This document shows positions 12,794-29,934 of a stretch of DNA of 64,000 nt, one piece after another; position 1 is the first letter of the stretch; every line of letters starts with the position of its first letter. Location of the stretch: the NCBI RefSeq assembly GCF_006345805.1, contig NC_042999.1, positions 27,466,001 through 27,530,000 on the forward strand. The letters run 5' to 3'. Source of the DNA: Octopus sinensis (taxonomy: Eukaryota). The notes beneath the pieces are model-generated. The model saw only the letters and a program-made list of their open reading frames with translations. It had not been told where the DNA came from and made no database searches. Position numbers and translations under genes: made by a program.

Positions 12794-15551
12794 GTTGTAA
12801 AAAATTGTTACCTTTGTATGGTATTTATTCCCATGCTGGCCACTTGATAATATCGATATTATCCTTATTTATAAATATATATATACATATATACATATAT
12901 ACATATATATATATGTTCACGCACATATATATACATATGTATGATGATGGATTCCCTTGTCGTGAACAACAAATGGGGTTTGAGTAAAATAAAGCGTTAA
13001 CCTCTTGAGGCCTGCTGCTACCTTGCAAACCTTTTGGTAAAAGGAACAAGTTGAGGACTCAATTTGCTTGAGTGATTGTGGATCATTTACTATGCGTTTT
13101 CGTGAGTGGGCGCCAAAGCCTATTTGCCACAAACAGACTTCCATTTTCAATGACTATCAAAAACTTCTCCATATCAGTATATTACAAATCTTTTCAACTG
13201 TCGCTTCTATTTCGGTATTGATATAATCTTACCCGACACAAAACAAATAGGTCATTTTCCACCAACAATTCTGCTTCTTCTGACAGCATTATGAAATTCA
13301 ACCACCCGACGATGTTTTTCGCCGCCGTGACTACACCAATGCTGGTACTTCTGCCTTCCTATTTCGAAACCCATCCCCCAAAAAACTTTCTTTCAAAGTT
13401 GTTTTCTATTCAAACACCCAATCTCTATAGTACACCATCCTCAGACAATTCCCTCTCACCCAATCCGACCCTACCACTTCCCTTGTTATTCCTCCTCTTT
13501 TTCCAGACGACTACGTAATCTACTTACAGTTTCCTTCTAAATCACTTCCTAAACCTTAAAAATGCGTTGAAGAATTTCATTCCTGGAGGCGCTATATCGG
13601 AATAAAAGAAGAAAATACTCACGTCTGGCAATTAAGCGACGTCACTGTTCTGACTGGTTGGTCTAGAAGTTCACTTCGTATCTATGTTTTGGGGTTTAAT
13701 TACACTGCACGGCATTGGGTAATTGTTGTCTATCATTGTCTCAGCTCGAATAAAGCCTTGTGAATGAAATGTGTTTGGGGGAAACTACGTGGTAGCCTAT
13801 ATATAGCACCATTCCTATTCTTGAACAGTATATGTAACTTGTAGCCCGGTTTAACACCATCCCCTGGCCCGTTATGTGCGTAGCTTCCTCCCTTCCTGAC
13901 AACTCACTTACAGAGAAAGGATATTGTTGCCATTTTTTATCTTCTGACTAAGCCGTTAATAAATTCTGATGTGATTTAGTTTTAGAAACACATTAATTTT
14001 TTCAATTACATTAAGAATAAATTTGTTTATGAAATCTTTGAATTCCTACTGAACGTTTAATATATCTTGCAAAATATTTATTTTCGTGGCAGTATAAATA
14101 TTTTGAATCTAATTAACTTTATTAATTGAGCTTTATGATAGAAATCTCACCCCCTTTTCCTATGTTGGTTTTGGTTGAATAAACTTTATTTTTATCTTCT
14201 TCCATAGAATCTACAAATATTGGTAATTTACGAAACGACCAGGTACAGGGGTGAGGCCAGTGAGTTGTAAAGGATCGAAGCGTTCACTACTCAGAGTATA
14301 GCAATATAATATGGATCACCGCACAAAACAATGGGAGCAGCGGTTTAGTTTCAGTGTATAGTGATCTATACCCATCTATGTTGTAAGTCTGTTGAGATTA
14401 AAGTGTTGTTTATGTGGTCTAAGTCTCATCTCGTTTATACGTCAATTTAGCGCATTACCCAATGAAGGATACATCTGATCAAGAAAGCCAAGTAATTCGA
14501 TCAAAATGAAGGACTGATTTCAGACGCCTCATTCAAAAATACGAACGAAAGAAGAAAGATAAAAAGATATCGCGAGTGAGATATGTCAGCAGCATAATTG
14601 TAAATAGTTTCGAATAATGGCGTTTGTTTCTAATGGTGGACAGAACGTCTAAAGGACGCATAAGTACGGCGAATTTTCGCAGACAATAATTTGGTTAATG
14701 TCTGCACATATCTATAGGAGATTATCGTTGGTTCTTTCACAATGATTAAGGTAGTTCGTCTAATTCTATATATATATTTCATTTGTTCATTCTATAAGTA
14801 GTTGGGCCATAAAACAAAGATATTAGTAGAAACATTTCACTATATGCATCAATAAACTTGATATATATCTCCACAGCAACCACCACAATTATCGATTTAC
14901 CGACAAACATACCATTACACCACTATCATCGTTCTCTCATTCCATCTCATTTGGTGTGTAAGTGTGAATGCATTTGAATGTATATTCGTGAGTGTATATA
15001 TATATATGTGTGTGTATCAATGTATATGTTTGTGTATATACATATATTTAAGTATGCATGAATGATATACATATATGTGTGTGCATGTGTGTGCATTTGT
15101 GTGTGTGTGTGTATGTGTGGAGAGAGAGAATAAGGGAGAGAAAGAGAGAGTGGGAGAAATGGCTACATAGATAATCAAAGTATGCGTATGCTTGTGCGTG
15201 TGTATACAACTTTTGTGTATCCATGAAATATGAATGTACAGAAACGTAGTCACATACACATATACACATATACGTATAAAAACAGTCCCATACACACATT
15301 CACTCATACACACACATGTGTGCGCATACAAACAGTCACATACACACGTTCACGCATACACACACATATGTACGCATAAAAATGTCACATACACACACTC
15401 ACTCACAGATACACTTACACAAACATATAGCTCTTATTTCTAGGAATGTAGGTATTTATAACACACTCAGTCATATTTAATGACGGTTATAGTTCTTCTT
15501 GTTCGTACACATTTGCTTACTGCACACACATACACACATACACACACACAC

Positions 15552-15606
<55 letters not shown>

Positions 15607-15845
15607 AACGTACATAGATATATTCCCGAGCGTTATACTAATACATCTGTTTCTTGTCTACACCACCTATCTTCGCCTTCTGCATTTTTATTGTGAATTC
15701 TCCCCATACATATATATATATATACAAATGTATATTGATGTGTCAAATCAATGCGCGCGCGCACACATACACACATATATGTTAGTGCACCTAAATACAT
15801 ACATATATATATATATATATATACATACATATATATATATTATAT

Positions 15846-15909
<64 letters not shown>

Positions 15910-15913
<4 letters not shown>

Positions 15914-16637
15914 GTAATTGGAAAATAGCTTCCTATTTTAAAATGCTTATAATTTATTTATTAACTATAATTTTTTTCTCAAATTTGTTGTGCATGTTCT
16001 TTAATGTATGGGAATTGATTCCATGTTGTTTTTTGGTGTTTTTTTTTCAGATTGATTATTTTGTTTGAAATTTAGAAGCCCTACAAACATGGCTGGATGT
16101 TTTACTGTGCAGGAGCATGCCCAGCTAGCTGCACATTACGATGTTTGGGGATCAGTTGTTTAAGTGCAAGGATGGTGGAGGACCATTAGAGGAAGACATA
16201 CTTAAGTTGATGCAAAGATAATCAAGAATTGCCATGCAAAATTCCTGACTACAGGATTTGTAGCTGAATCTTGAAGTGGTCGTCCTTCCAATTCATCAAG
16301 GTCTGGCCAGAAGCCCTAATTTAACACCCTGCGACTGTTTTCGTTGGGGTTGGTTAAAGGAGGAAGTCTTCTCTACCAAACCAATGACTTTGGAAGAACT
16401 TGAAGGGTGAATACGAGAAGTTATGTCTTTCATTTCACAAGAGTTCCTGATGAAATCAGTTGATGTGGTTCCCGAGCGGTTTCAGAAGCTGCTGGTGAAT
16501 GCTGATGCCTATATCAAATTTTAAATAAAATTCCATGCTATACACTTTCTTTACATATTCGTTTTTTCTAAAATAATTATAGTTAATAAATAAATTATAA
16601 GAATTTTAAGATAGGGAGTTACTTTTCTATCACCCTG
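15910..16637 (+). mobile_element. Internally deleted Tc1/mariner-superfamily element
   Basis: ~65-bp imperfect TIRs (CAG[A/G]GT..TTATAATTTATTTATTAACTATAATT); TA flanks; RSPNLTPCDCFRWGWLKEEV. Confidence 0.85.
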
Positions 16638-16650
16638 TATATATACACAC

Positions 16651-16723
<73 letters not shown>

Positions 16724-16732
16724 ATCGCATTT

Positions 16733-16794
<62 letters not shown>

Positions 16795-16813
16795 GTATAC
16801 AAATAAATATAAT

Positions 16814-16857
<44 letters not shown>

Positions 16858-16906
16858 TATAAATACATATATTGATGCATATATATGTATACAAATAAAT
16901 GTAATC

Positions 16907-16937
<31 letters not shown>

Positions 16938-17732
16938 GCATGCATATATATATGCATTTCACCAACATATACATATACTTCTATACATTAACACACATGT
17001 AAGAAGCTTACTCTCAACACATTAATTGTGGTTGTAAATATTTTATAAGTTGGTTAAGACCTGCATTGCATAAGGTTTCTTAGGTGCGCACTTGAGAATC
17101 TACTACATACGTTGATGTAGAAATATATTCATACATGCAGAAGGTGCGACTCATCGTGGTTAGGTAAAAAGTGTTTTGATCAAACGTTATGAGTTCGATT
17201 TCCGCTTCGTGCAATTTACTCTTTTTTGGAATAATCTATTTCATGTTGCTCCAGTCCACTCATCTGACTTCACCGATGTCAGTGAGTACGAATTTTATGG
17301 GTAGGTACTCACAATGAAATCCCTGAGAGATGATGCAACCAGCAAATATGGTGATTCAGATAGAAGGACAAAGAGAACTTCTGTGTATTCACCATGGTCT
17401 GGGTCGTCGTGGACAGAGCTATTTCAAATAACAGCGTATCACGAAATTGTGAAGTATGGTTAATTCAGTCATTCTAGATGCTGAAATAGCGACATTACGG
17501 CACAGTGAACCGATGTATTATCTATTTATCATCAATAGAGACCGCACCTTCAGGACAACTTTCATGTGTCTGAAGTACACAAGCAATTCTATAAACATTT
17601 GAGCCGATGCATTATGTTGATCATACTTCACCTTCAGGTCTGAGTGCTTTCTATATATAAGATGCTAAAGCCAGCGGTAACAACATCCCTCTCCCTTTCT
17701 TCCTCTCTCTCTGTCCCTCTCTCCTTTCCTCT

Positions 17733-17778
<46 letters not shown>

Positions 17779-18060
17779 TTCTCCCTCCGTACAAATTCTT
17801 AGACGGAGAGAGATATCGGACAGATAACTTTGGTCCAATGGTACAACCTCTTTACAAAAGATTTGAGTTTGAGTTCTGCAGGCAACCTTCGGCCTTTTCT
17901 ATACAGAGGTTTATATTTTTTTAACCCAATCTTTAAACGCTATTATAGCTTTATCCGTTCCAGAAAGAATAATTTCACGTGGTCTCTCCATTCCTGAATT
18001 GTCAGGACATCAGCAATGTGTGTGTGTGCGTGTGTAAGTAGGGTGTGTATGGCATATCTA

Positions 18061-18096
<36 letters not shown>

Positions 18097-18157
18097 CATA
18101 TGTGTTGCATATATGTATATATCAATTTATGCATATATATATATATATTATATATAT

Positions 18158-18202
<45 letters not shown>

Positions 18203-18204
18203 TG

Positions 18205-18278
<74 letters not shown>

Positions 18279-18280
18279 TG

Positions 18281-18387
<107 letters not shown>

Positions 18388-18685
18388 GGAGGCGCAATGG
18401 CCCAGTGGTTAGGGCAGCGGAATCGCGGTCGTAGGATCGCGGTTTCGACTGCCAGACCGGGCATTGTGAGTGTTTATTGAGCAAAAACACCTAAAAGCTC
18501 CACGAGGCTCCGGCAGGGGATGGTGATCCCTGCTGTACCCTTTCACCACTCTTTCTCTCACTCTTTTGTCTGTTGGCCTGCTCGCTTAGCCAGCGGGGTG
18601 GCGTCATTTGAAGGCTAGAACAATGCGAAGTGCATTGTGACCAGCGATGTGTAGAAACATCTGATAGCCTGGTCGGTCACGTGAT

Positions 18686-18692
<7 letters not shown>
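18388..18692 (+). mobile_element. tRNA-derived SINE family 2
   Basis: GGAGGCGCAATGGCCCAGTGGTTAGGGCAGCGG head with A/B-box-like motifs; tail GTCACGTGATCACGTGA. Confidence 0.88.
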
Positions 18693-18729
<37 letters not shown>

Positions 18730-19855
18730 GCGTATATGTATATGCCAATTTATGGCATGAAAAACCCTGTGACCAGTCTTGAGCAATGAACATACGCTGA
18801 ATCAGTATCTGAGAAATTCGTTTCTTCTTCTAAAGTCCTTCCACTGTTGATTGAATGAGCATGCGCAACACAACATTTGAATGGCTACGGGATGTATCAT
18901 TAATTGATTCCTCACAAATATAAACAATAACAATATAAAAAGATCACTTTTCTTTAATGCGTAAACAAAACTGTAGGTATAGTTGAAGGAGGCAGAGAGA
19001 AAAAAAAGTGTGTTTACATGAGTGTGTGCATGCGTGTGTATGTGCATGCGTGTGTATGCGTGTGTATGTATGTTTGTTCGTGTGTTTGTGTCTATATATG
19101 TGTGTGTGTGTTAGTGTGTATATGCATGCGTAAAGACATGCATATTCAAGCAAAATTTTAATTCAAAAGATACTTTTAAATAGAGAATGACTTCAATGAC
19201 GAACATTAGAAAAACATATTCATGCATAAAAATCTCTTTAAATATTCATATTCGTATCTTTATCCTTTTTAATAGCTGTTATTAGTTGCAGTACAACTGC
19301 TCAGAATGTAATGAGGAACTGAGAATATAAATGAATCGAAATAAAAGCATGCGAAAAATATGTTGATGTATTTGTCTTCAAAGAATCACAAAATTCTTTT
19401 CGAAATGAAAATAATTAATAAAAGACATTAGAATGTTTTATTTTAATGACCATATGTCTTGAAATATCAACGTAAACAGCATATCACACGGGAACTAGAA
19501 GTGAGTGCGTCGGCAAATGTAGAATACTAATAGTTCGCTTAATAGAATAAATTATATTGCTATCAGATGAGGAGTCTAACTTTTGAAGTATAACGAATTT
19601 TGTATAGTCTAGCCATTTATTGCATAATAGGGTAGGATAACGAAATATATTTAAATATTGAAAAAGTTCGACATATTGAAAACTTCAAATTTATTACTCA
19701 CAGTTCGTAGCTGGCAACAGTGAATGATGATTTCTTGCTTTATTCTTTTTCAGAGCAAATATCACATTATATGAAATAATGTAACATGATATAATATAGT
19801 ATAATATAATATAATATAATATAATATAATATAATATAATATATTATATATATAT

Positions 19856-19912
<57 letters not shown>

Positions 19913-20013
19913 AAGTTAATCCAAACAAGAAAGCACAAAAAAAACACAACAACGTGAGGACGTGGAACAAATATAGTATTATTGGACGCTCAGGAAAGAA
20001 GGAAAGAAGGAGG

Positions 20014-20048
20014 GTTTAACGTTTCAAGCGGAGCTCTTCGTCGGAAAC
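20014..20048 (-). ncRNA. Degenerate minimal PLE-type hammerhead
   Basis: GTTT-CCGACGA-A-GAGC-tcc-GCTT-GAAAC-GTT-AAAC. U4 is replaced by C; palindrome AACGTT. Confidence 0.5.
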
Positions 20049-20152
20049 GTAGGAGAAGGAATGATCCAGAGAAGGGAAGACAGAGGAAAAAATCGCCAAC
20101 GGTACACACACGGTCACATTTTGAATGCAATATGTATATATATATATATGTA

Positions 20153-20720
20153 TATACGAGCAAAACGCTCCCCGTCCAATGGACGGTGCTGAATCATATC
20201 TGCTGAATAAAAAGCAATCAGTGTTTTCTTTCCATTAGAAAAAATTAAACATGCCTTTATTTCAATAAAAGTTTTGGTTTTCTTAAACAAAGTTGAGGCA
20301 AAAAAAAAAATTCTTGAGAAACCAAATAGTCTTTCCTTCCTTCATGCCAAGTTTAAAGAAAATATCTCTTTTGCATCTTACATTTTGGGGGCTCTTAAAT
20401 ATACTGCATTTTGTGGCATTATTTCAAGCCAGTCGGCTTTTTTGCGCAAACTGCACGTGCATTTTTCTCGCGTACGTGTAGTACCGATCGCAACAGCTGA
20501 TGTACTTGCGCGTACAAATGCACGTTCCCACGGCTTTATCGATCGCATTCTCACCTGGAATTGATTTTTATAATTTTTTCAAAACTTATACACGCCCTGA
20601 TACATTTGGTATCTACATATCAAATTTGAGCGCAATCGGATGGAGGATGCTCGAGATCCTAGAAGGCACACACACAGACAGACAGAATGGATTTTATATT
20701 ATATTATATATATATATTGG
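20153..20720 (+). mobile_element. Non-autonomous Helitron-like element
   Basis: Subterminal hairpin CCGTCCaatGGACGG; 3' CAGACAGACAGAATGGATTTTATATAT. Confidence 0.55.
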
Positions 20721-21462
20721 ATTTTAGAAATTATTGTAATCACTCGTCTTTGTCTGCTTGTCTGTGTGTTTGCAAAAAAATGTGTATTATGTCTATTAAT
20801 ATGTGTGTGTACAGTGATGGATTCCAGTTTTCGTTTATTTATGAGTTAATTTCTTAATTTCACCTATAATGGTGAAACTTGAAAAGAGAAAATATTTCTT
20901 TTTAAATCGAACTTACAAAATTTCCGATAAGCAAGTGACCATATTATTTATATCCTACAAGAAACTACAGTACGTTTGATTCGCCTACCATCATTGAAAG
21001 ACGTTGAAAACACTTCTCAAATTCTATGCAATATTTTCTATAATCGTGTAATTTTGTTCACTTTCTTTTTCATAATCATGATTATTATTTGAATAATCAT
21101 TTATTTAGGAATATGTAAAATTTATTTATATGCGTTTGGCATAGACATCGATCAGGTCTACTTTTAACTGTCATCTACTTAGGCTTCTAATCCTCTTTTA
21201 GTCAAACATTTACAAAGCTTTATTTACTTCAATTAAAAAGCATGGGTAAGCAACGCGTTGTAAACCACTCTATAATTTGCGAAAAAAATTATCTGCGCGC
21301 AAGGTATGCATCGCCTCTCCAATGACTTTATCATCATCATCATCATCATCATCATCACACCACCATCATCATCATCATCACCACCACCACCATCATTATC
21401 ATCATCATCGTCGTCGTCTTCATCGTCATCGTCATCATCTTCATCATCATCATCATCATCAG

Positions 21463-21720
21463 TATTATCTCCTAAACTCAGGATTGATCTTGTTGCTGCT
21501 AGAATTTATGTGGGTAGTGGGTTACTCTCAACAACTTTAGACATAATTTCAATTAGCCATCAAGTGCTCAAAATCCTTTTCATGACCTTCCCTGTTCTTG
21601 AGAGGCAAACCTTCTGTAGAAGCTCTACAGCACACTACATTCCAAACTCCTTTATCCATTTATCTATTTCATCACTCACAGTCCTTAATGCACCACTTAT
21701 CACTGGTACAAACTTTGAAT
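21463..21720 (-). mobile_element. REL-endonuclease LINE 3' fragment (R4-like)
   Basis: FVPVISGALRTV..KWIKEFG..LLQKVCLSRTGKVMKRIL. Confidence 0.65.
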
Positions 21721-22170
21721 AAAAGGTGATGAGCTGGCTTAGCGACATTTCGTCTATCTTTACGTTCTGAGTTCAAATTCCACCGATGTCGACTTCGCTT
21801 TTTATCCTTTCGAAGTCGGTAAATTAAGTAGCGGTGAAACACTGGAGTCGATCTATTCGACTATTCCCCTCCTCGAAATTACTGGCATTGTGCCAAAATC
21901 TGAAATCCTCCTCATCATCATCATCAATATCATTATCATTATTATTGTTATTATTTTTACTTTTAATGTGCACATTTGTCACAGTCACTTGCCGAGACAC
22001 ACTCAGCATCCTAGGACGAGTAAAGAATAAGAGATGTTACAGTACGACTGAAAGCTTGGGGAGGGGAAGTAGTGAAATATCTTCGTGTACTATGAAACAG
22101 ACATTTCAATGCATATGGTTTTCCTAAGGATGCGGGCAGTACCTGTCAGTACAATTTTTGGGATTTCACT

Positions 22171-22393
22171 GAGCTGGCAGAAACGTTAGCACGCCGGGCG
22201 AAATTCTAAGCGGTATTTCGTCCGCCATTACGTTGTGAGTTCAAATTCCGCCGAGGTCGACTTTGCCTTTCATCCTTTCGGGGTTGATAAATAAAGTACC
22301 AGTTACGCACTGGGGTCGATGTAATCGACTTAATCCCTTTGTCTATCCTTGTTTGTCCACTATGTTTAGTTCTTTGTGGGCAATAAAGTAATA
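22171..22393 (+). mobile_element. SINE family 1, 5'-truncated
   Basis: 12-bp TSD GGATTTCACTGA (22161-22172 and 22394-22405). Confidence 0.9.
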
Positions 22394-22429
22394 GGATTTC
22401 ACTGAAACATGGTTCTCCTGTGAGCTTAT

Positions 22430-22978
22430 CTGGATGTTGCTGACACTCAGACTCACGAACGAATTAAATAACATCAGGTATGGTTTCAAAGTTTACAATA
22501 CGACAACCAACCGTCTGTTTGCTGAAGCTGTTGGCAAGAAATGACGGAGAGCTTATAGGGTTGTTAACAACTGTTAAAGAAGTCAGCAATGGCATCGGGA
22601 TGGACTCTAGCCTTGATAAGTGTGCTAAAGCAACTTTTGTTAGAGGCAAGCTAAGGCAAACAGCTTCCATTAAAATAGATACCGACGCTACTTTCAAGGA
22701 GCTTGACCCACAAGAAAATTACAAATTCCTGGAGATAAACGAAGTAGATGGTATACTGTATGTTACCAGGAAGGAAAAAAATATTAAATAACATTACAGG
22801 AGAATAAGACTCATACTCAAAACTGCACTCAACTCTAAAAATTGCATCGAAGCCATTAACACCCTGGCACTTCCAGCAGTCCAATATAGTTTTAATATCA
22901 TTAACTGGAATCTTACAGAACTCCAACACCTGGACAGGAAGACAAGAAAACTGCTAATTTCTAAGAACGTGCAACACT
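22430..22978 (+). mobile_element. R4/Dong-like RT fragment
   Basis: LDKCAKATFVRGKL..YKFLEINE..RRIRLILKTALNSKNCIEAINTLALP; abuts (ATT)n. Confidence 0.8.
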
Positions 22979-23009
22979 CATTATTATTATTATTATTATA
23001 TTATTATTA

Positions 23010-23060
<51 letters not shown>

Positions 23061-23140
23061 CATTATTATTATTATTATCATCATCATCATCATCATTATT
23101 ATTATTATCATAATTATTATTATTATCATTATTATTATTA

Positions 23141-23208
<68 letters not shown>

Positions 23209-23211
<3 letters not shown>

Positions 23212-25038
23212 TAGTTTTATTTTTATAGCGTGCTTTCACTTCACTACCGAGCGCAGCTCTGTGTGCCTTGGGTATGTGCTGTGATTTGTTGTGATGCTCT
23301 GATGGTTATTGTATGGAAAGTGTTCTGCGTAGGATGTGTGCACTGCCTAGTAGTGCAATTTTCTGTATGTTATATGTGTTTGTAAGTCCTGGTGTTTTTG
23401 TTATGTATTTGTCTGAATATTATTTTATCATGCCTAATGCACCTACTATGATAGGAATTGTTTCTGTTTTCAGGTTCCACATTCTAGTTACCTCTATTTC
23501 CAGGTCTTTGTATTTTGAGAGTTTCTCCATTTCTTTTAGAGACACGTTGTCATCTGCCGGTATTGATACATCAATTAGAAAGCATTTTTTTTCTTCATGA
23601 TCTCTGACAACTATATCTGGTCTGTGGCCTTAATTTCTCTATCTGTATGTATCGGCATATCCCAGAGTATGGTTGCTTTCTCGTTTTCTGTGACCTTTTC
23701 TGGTGTGTGCCTATACCATCTTTTTTCTGTTGTTATTCCATAATGTTGGCATAGCTTCCAATGTATGTAGGTTCCAACTCTTTCATGTCTGTGAATATAT
23801 TCCTTCTTAGCCAGGACTGGGCAGCTAGAGATAATATGATTTATTGTTTCTTGTTCATCTCCACATATTCTGCAGTTACTTGTAATATTTCTTTTCATTA
23901 CATGTTTTTGGTAATTTCTGGTGGGGAGGCTTTGGTCTTGTGCTGCAATTAAAAATCCCTCTGTTTCTGCTTTGAGTCCTGAGCTTCTCAACCATTGCAG
24001 GGATTTTTCTTTGTCTATTTCTTTTGCGTTTAGTTTAGTGCAGTATTTACCATGAAGGGGTTTTTCTTGCCATCGTTTTATCATGGCTCGTTGCTGTTCT
24101 ATATTTAGTTTGGATTTCATTTGTTTTATAGCTTTTGTTGTTTCTTCATCATCTTCTTCTTCTTCTTGTGTTTATTAGGTGGTATGATTTCTTGTTTGTA
24201 TTTGTCAGCTTCCTTAAATACTGAGAACAGTTTTTTGTTTTGCTCGTGTTTTGCTGCTATCTGGATCAGTTTTCCTTCCTTCTGGAGTAGGTATTTTTGC
24301 AGTCCTATGGTGGTTATTTTATAGTAGTTTTCCAGCTGTATAAGGCCTCTACCACCTTCTATACGTTGTATATATAGTCTGTCTATGTCAGATTTTGGGT
24401 GATGCATCCTAGATCCTGTCAGTATTTTTCTTGTTTTCCTATCTATTTTGGACAGTTCATTTCGTGTCCAGTTAAGGATATTGTAGCTGTAACTTATAAC
24501 TGGGACAGCTAAAGTGTTGATACCTATTATCTTGTTTTTAGCATTGAGCTCTGTTTTTAGTATTGATCTAACTCGTCTATAATATTCTTTTTTTATTTTC
24601 TATTTCATTTGTGTGTGTTGTGTCTTATCTAGTTCATGGATTCCTAAGTATTTGTAAGTTTGGCTTTGGTCTAATTCTTTTATTTCATTGGTTTTATCTA
24701 GTGTGATGTTGTTACTCTTAACTAGTTTTCCTCTTTTCATGGTTACTTTGGCGCATTTTTCTAATCCAAATTTCATATCTATTTCTTTGGTAAATCCATG
24801 AACTGTCTTTAATAGTGTTTCCAGCTGTTTGTCATTTGCAGTGTATAGTTTTAGGTCATCCATATATAAAAGGTGGCTGATCGTTTTGCCGTAACATTTA
24901 TATCCGCATCCAGTTCTATTTAGCATATCAGATAGAGGTGACAGTGCCAAGCAGAAAAGGAGTGGAGAGAGCGTGTCTCCCTGGAATATTCCTCTTCTAA
25001 TGGGGATGTCTTTGGTTTTCATGAGTCCCTCTTTTGTT
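23209..25038 (-). mobile_element. R4/Dong-clade non-LTR retrotransposon, 5'-truncated (RT, CCHC finger, REL endonuclease)
   Basis: GIFQGDTLSPLLF, LLYMDDLKLY, KPLHGKY, CRICGDEQETINHIISSC, ILWDMPIHTD; frameshifted; (ATT)n on both sides. Confidence 0.93.
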
Positions 25039-25102
25039 TATTATTATTATTATTATCATTATTATTATTATCATTATTATTATTATCATTATCATTATTA
25101 TC

Positions 25103-25139
<37 letters not shown>

Positions 25140-25200
25140 TATTATTATTATTATTATTATTATTATCATTATAATTATTATTATCATCATTATTATTATT

Positions 25201-25231
<31 letters not shown>

Positions 25232-25679
25232 TATTGTTATTATTATTATCATTATTATTATCATCATCATCATCAACATCATCACAATCATCATTATCAT
25301 CGTCATCATCATTTATGCAGATATTAGTGATAAATGATTGCCTAACTGCCATATTTTCTGCGTAGCAATAGGAAGCTGAGCAACACCACTATTAACGGAA
25401 ATAATGATTTGTATCAAAAACAATATAATTTGATCAATATTGCTTCGAGATTCCACCACACAAATGGTGAATAAACATTCCCGACATTTCTTTAGATTCT
25501 TCACATTTTCTTTCTATCATGAATTTTTATTACTTATCTTTTCTTCTCTTTCTTCTCCATTGCTCATATGAAAATGAAAACAATTTCCTAACTTCTATTA
25601 ATTCACAGACTCCACTAGAACGCAAATAGCATTCATTTATTTATATCCACACATATATGAATATATATATATTCATACC

Positions 25680-25730
<51 letters not shown>

Positions 25731-25984
25731 CATATATATATGTATATGTATATATGTATGTGTGTATGCATGTGTGCGTGTGTGAGTGCATGCGTGCGTG
25801 TGTATGTGAGTGTCTGTGTGAGTGTGCATGTGTGTGTATGCATAGATACATATACGTATGTAAGTAATATATCTAAAAATGTATACGATTATCTATGTAT
25901 GCTTGTAAGTATGAATGTAATACTATGTATGTATATGTATATATGCATATATTATATATGTGTGTTCATGTGTATATATATGCA

Positions 25985-28206
<2,222 letters not shown>

Positions 28207-28230
28207 ATATATATATATATATATGTATGT

Positions 28231-28307
<77 letters not shown>

Positions 28308-28453
28308 TACATATATATATGCACGATTGTATGCATACCTGCTTGTATGTACGTGTGTGAGATAGTTTATAGCACACTTATATATATTCATGTTTGTGTA
28401 ATCTTTGAATTTATGTATGTATGCATGTAGGTATACCTGTCTTTATATATTTG

Positions 28454-28490
<37 letters not shown>

Positions 28491-28666
28491 CGGTGTATGT
28501 GTGTGAATGTGTTTCTATGCATGTATGAAACTATGTATGAATGCATGCATGCCTGCATGTATGAGTATGTACGTAGTAATGTATGAATGTGCTTACATGT
28601 ATACAAATAAAAAAAACGCGTACACACAGGCAACACACACATGTACGTACGCACACAGAAACACAA

Positions 28667-28699
<33 letters not shown>

Positions 28700-29536
28700 C
28701 ACACACACACACACATGCACGCACACACGCACATATGCTAACAACACTTTCTGAGATTCCTTTCACTGCAATTTCCCATGTAAAGCAATATCACCAATAC
28801 TAAAAGATCGCATTTTATGCAAATCGGGAAAACGCAACCTCGCTCAATGACACAAAAGCCATAAATGGTGAGTGTGTTTATAAGTGTATGTCACGTTCGC
28901 TTTTATCTTTTCTTCTCGAAAAGCCATTATTGTTAATTGAATTGTTAAGAAGTTCATTTCGTATCACGAGGTCACGCGATCGACCTAATTGTTTGGGGCA
29001 TCATGGGCCACACATTTTCAATAAACCCACGTCTCCCCATACTTCGTGAATGAAATTAGGTCGACGAAAACGGTATAGAAGCCTGTCAAATGGGTTGAAC
29101 CTGTAATGCAAAAGTGCAGCCTTGCCATACAGAGTGTCACGAAGTTTCTGCTTCGGAATTACATTAAGGGGACATGTGTCTTTAATACGCTCGGACGTCT
29201 ACACGATAATTCAGGTGTATATAATTCAATTGATCGAATTCTCAACGTCGATCGACAGAGATCTACTACCATAAATTCATACATACATACATACATACAT
29301 ACATACATACATACATACATACATACATAGATGCATACATGCATACATACATACATACACACATACATACATACATACATACATACATACATACATACAT
29401 ACATACATACATACATACATACATACATACATAGATGCATACATGCATACATACATACATACACACATACATACATACATACATACATACATACATACAT
29501 ACATACATACATACATACATGCAAATATCAATTTGT

Positions 29537-29840
29537 GGAGACACATTGCCTAGTGGTTAGAGCAATGGACTCGCGGTCGAGAGATCGTGGGTTCGAATCT
29601 CAGACCGGACGATTTGTGCGTTTATGAGCGAAACACCTAAGCTCCACGCAGCTCCGGCAGAAGGTGATGGCGAACTTCTGCTGACTCTTTCGCCACAACC
29701 TTCTCTCACTCTTTCCTCCTGCATCTTGCAGCTCCCATGCGACGGACAGGCGTCTCGTCCAGGTGAGGAACCTATACGCCAAGGAAACCGGGAAACTGGC
29801 TCTTATGAGCCAGGCATGGCTCGAGAAGGAGCAAACAAAT
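29537..29840 (+). mobile_element. SINE family 2 variant
   Basis: Same tRNA-like head and AAACACCTAAGCTCCACG body. Confidence 0.8.
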
Positions 29841-29934
29841 ATAAAATTGCTCATACATATAGTTTAGAATGTACACACTTATATATATGCATATATACAC
29901 ACACATATATCAGTGATAACTAAGGACATTGCAT

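Noticed and set aside
14199-14233. Plus-strand micro-exon after a strong polypyrimidine acceptor
   Set aside because: No partner exons found; donor only moderate.
17327-17440. Minus-strand exon-like stretch ending LRDFI|GTGAGT (START-like RDF)
   Set aside because: Overlaps a decayed SINE tail, poor acceptor, spacing does not match START.
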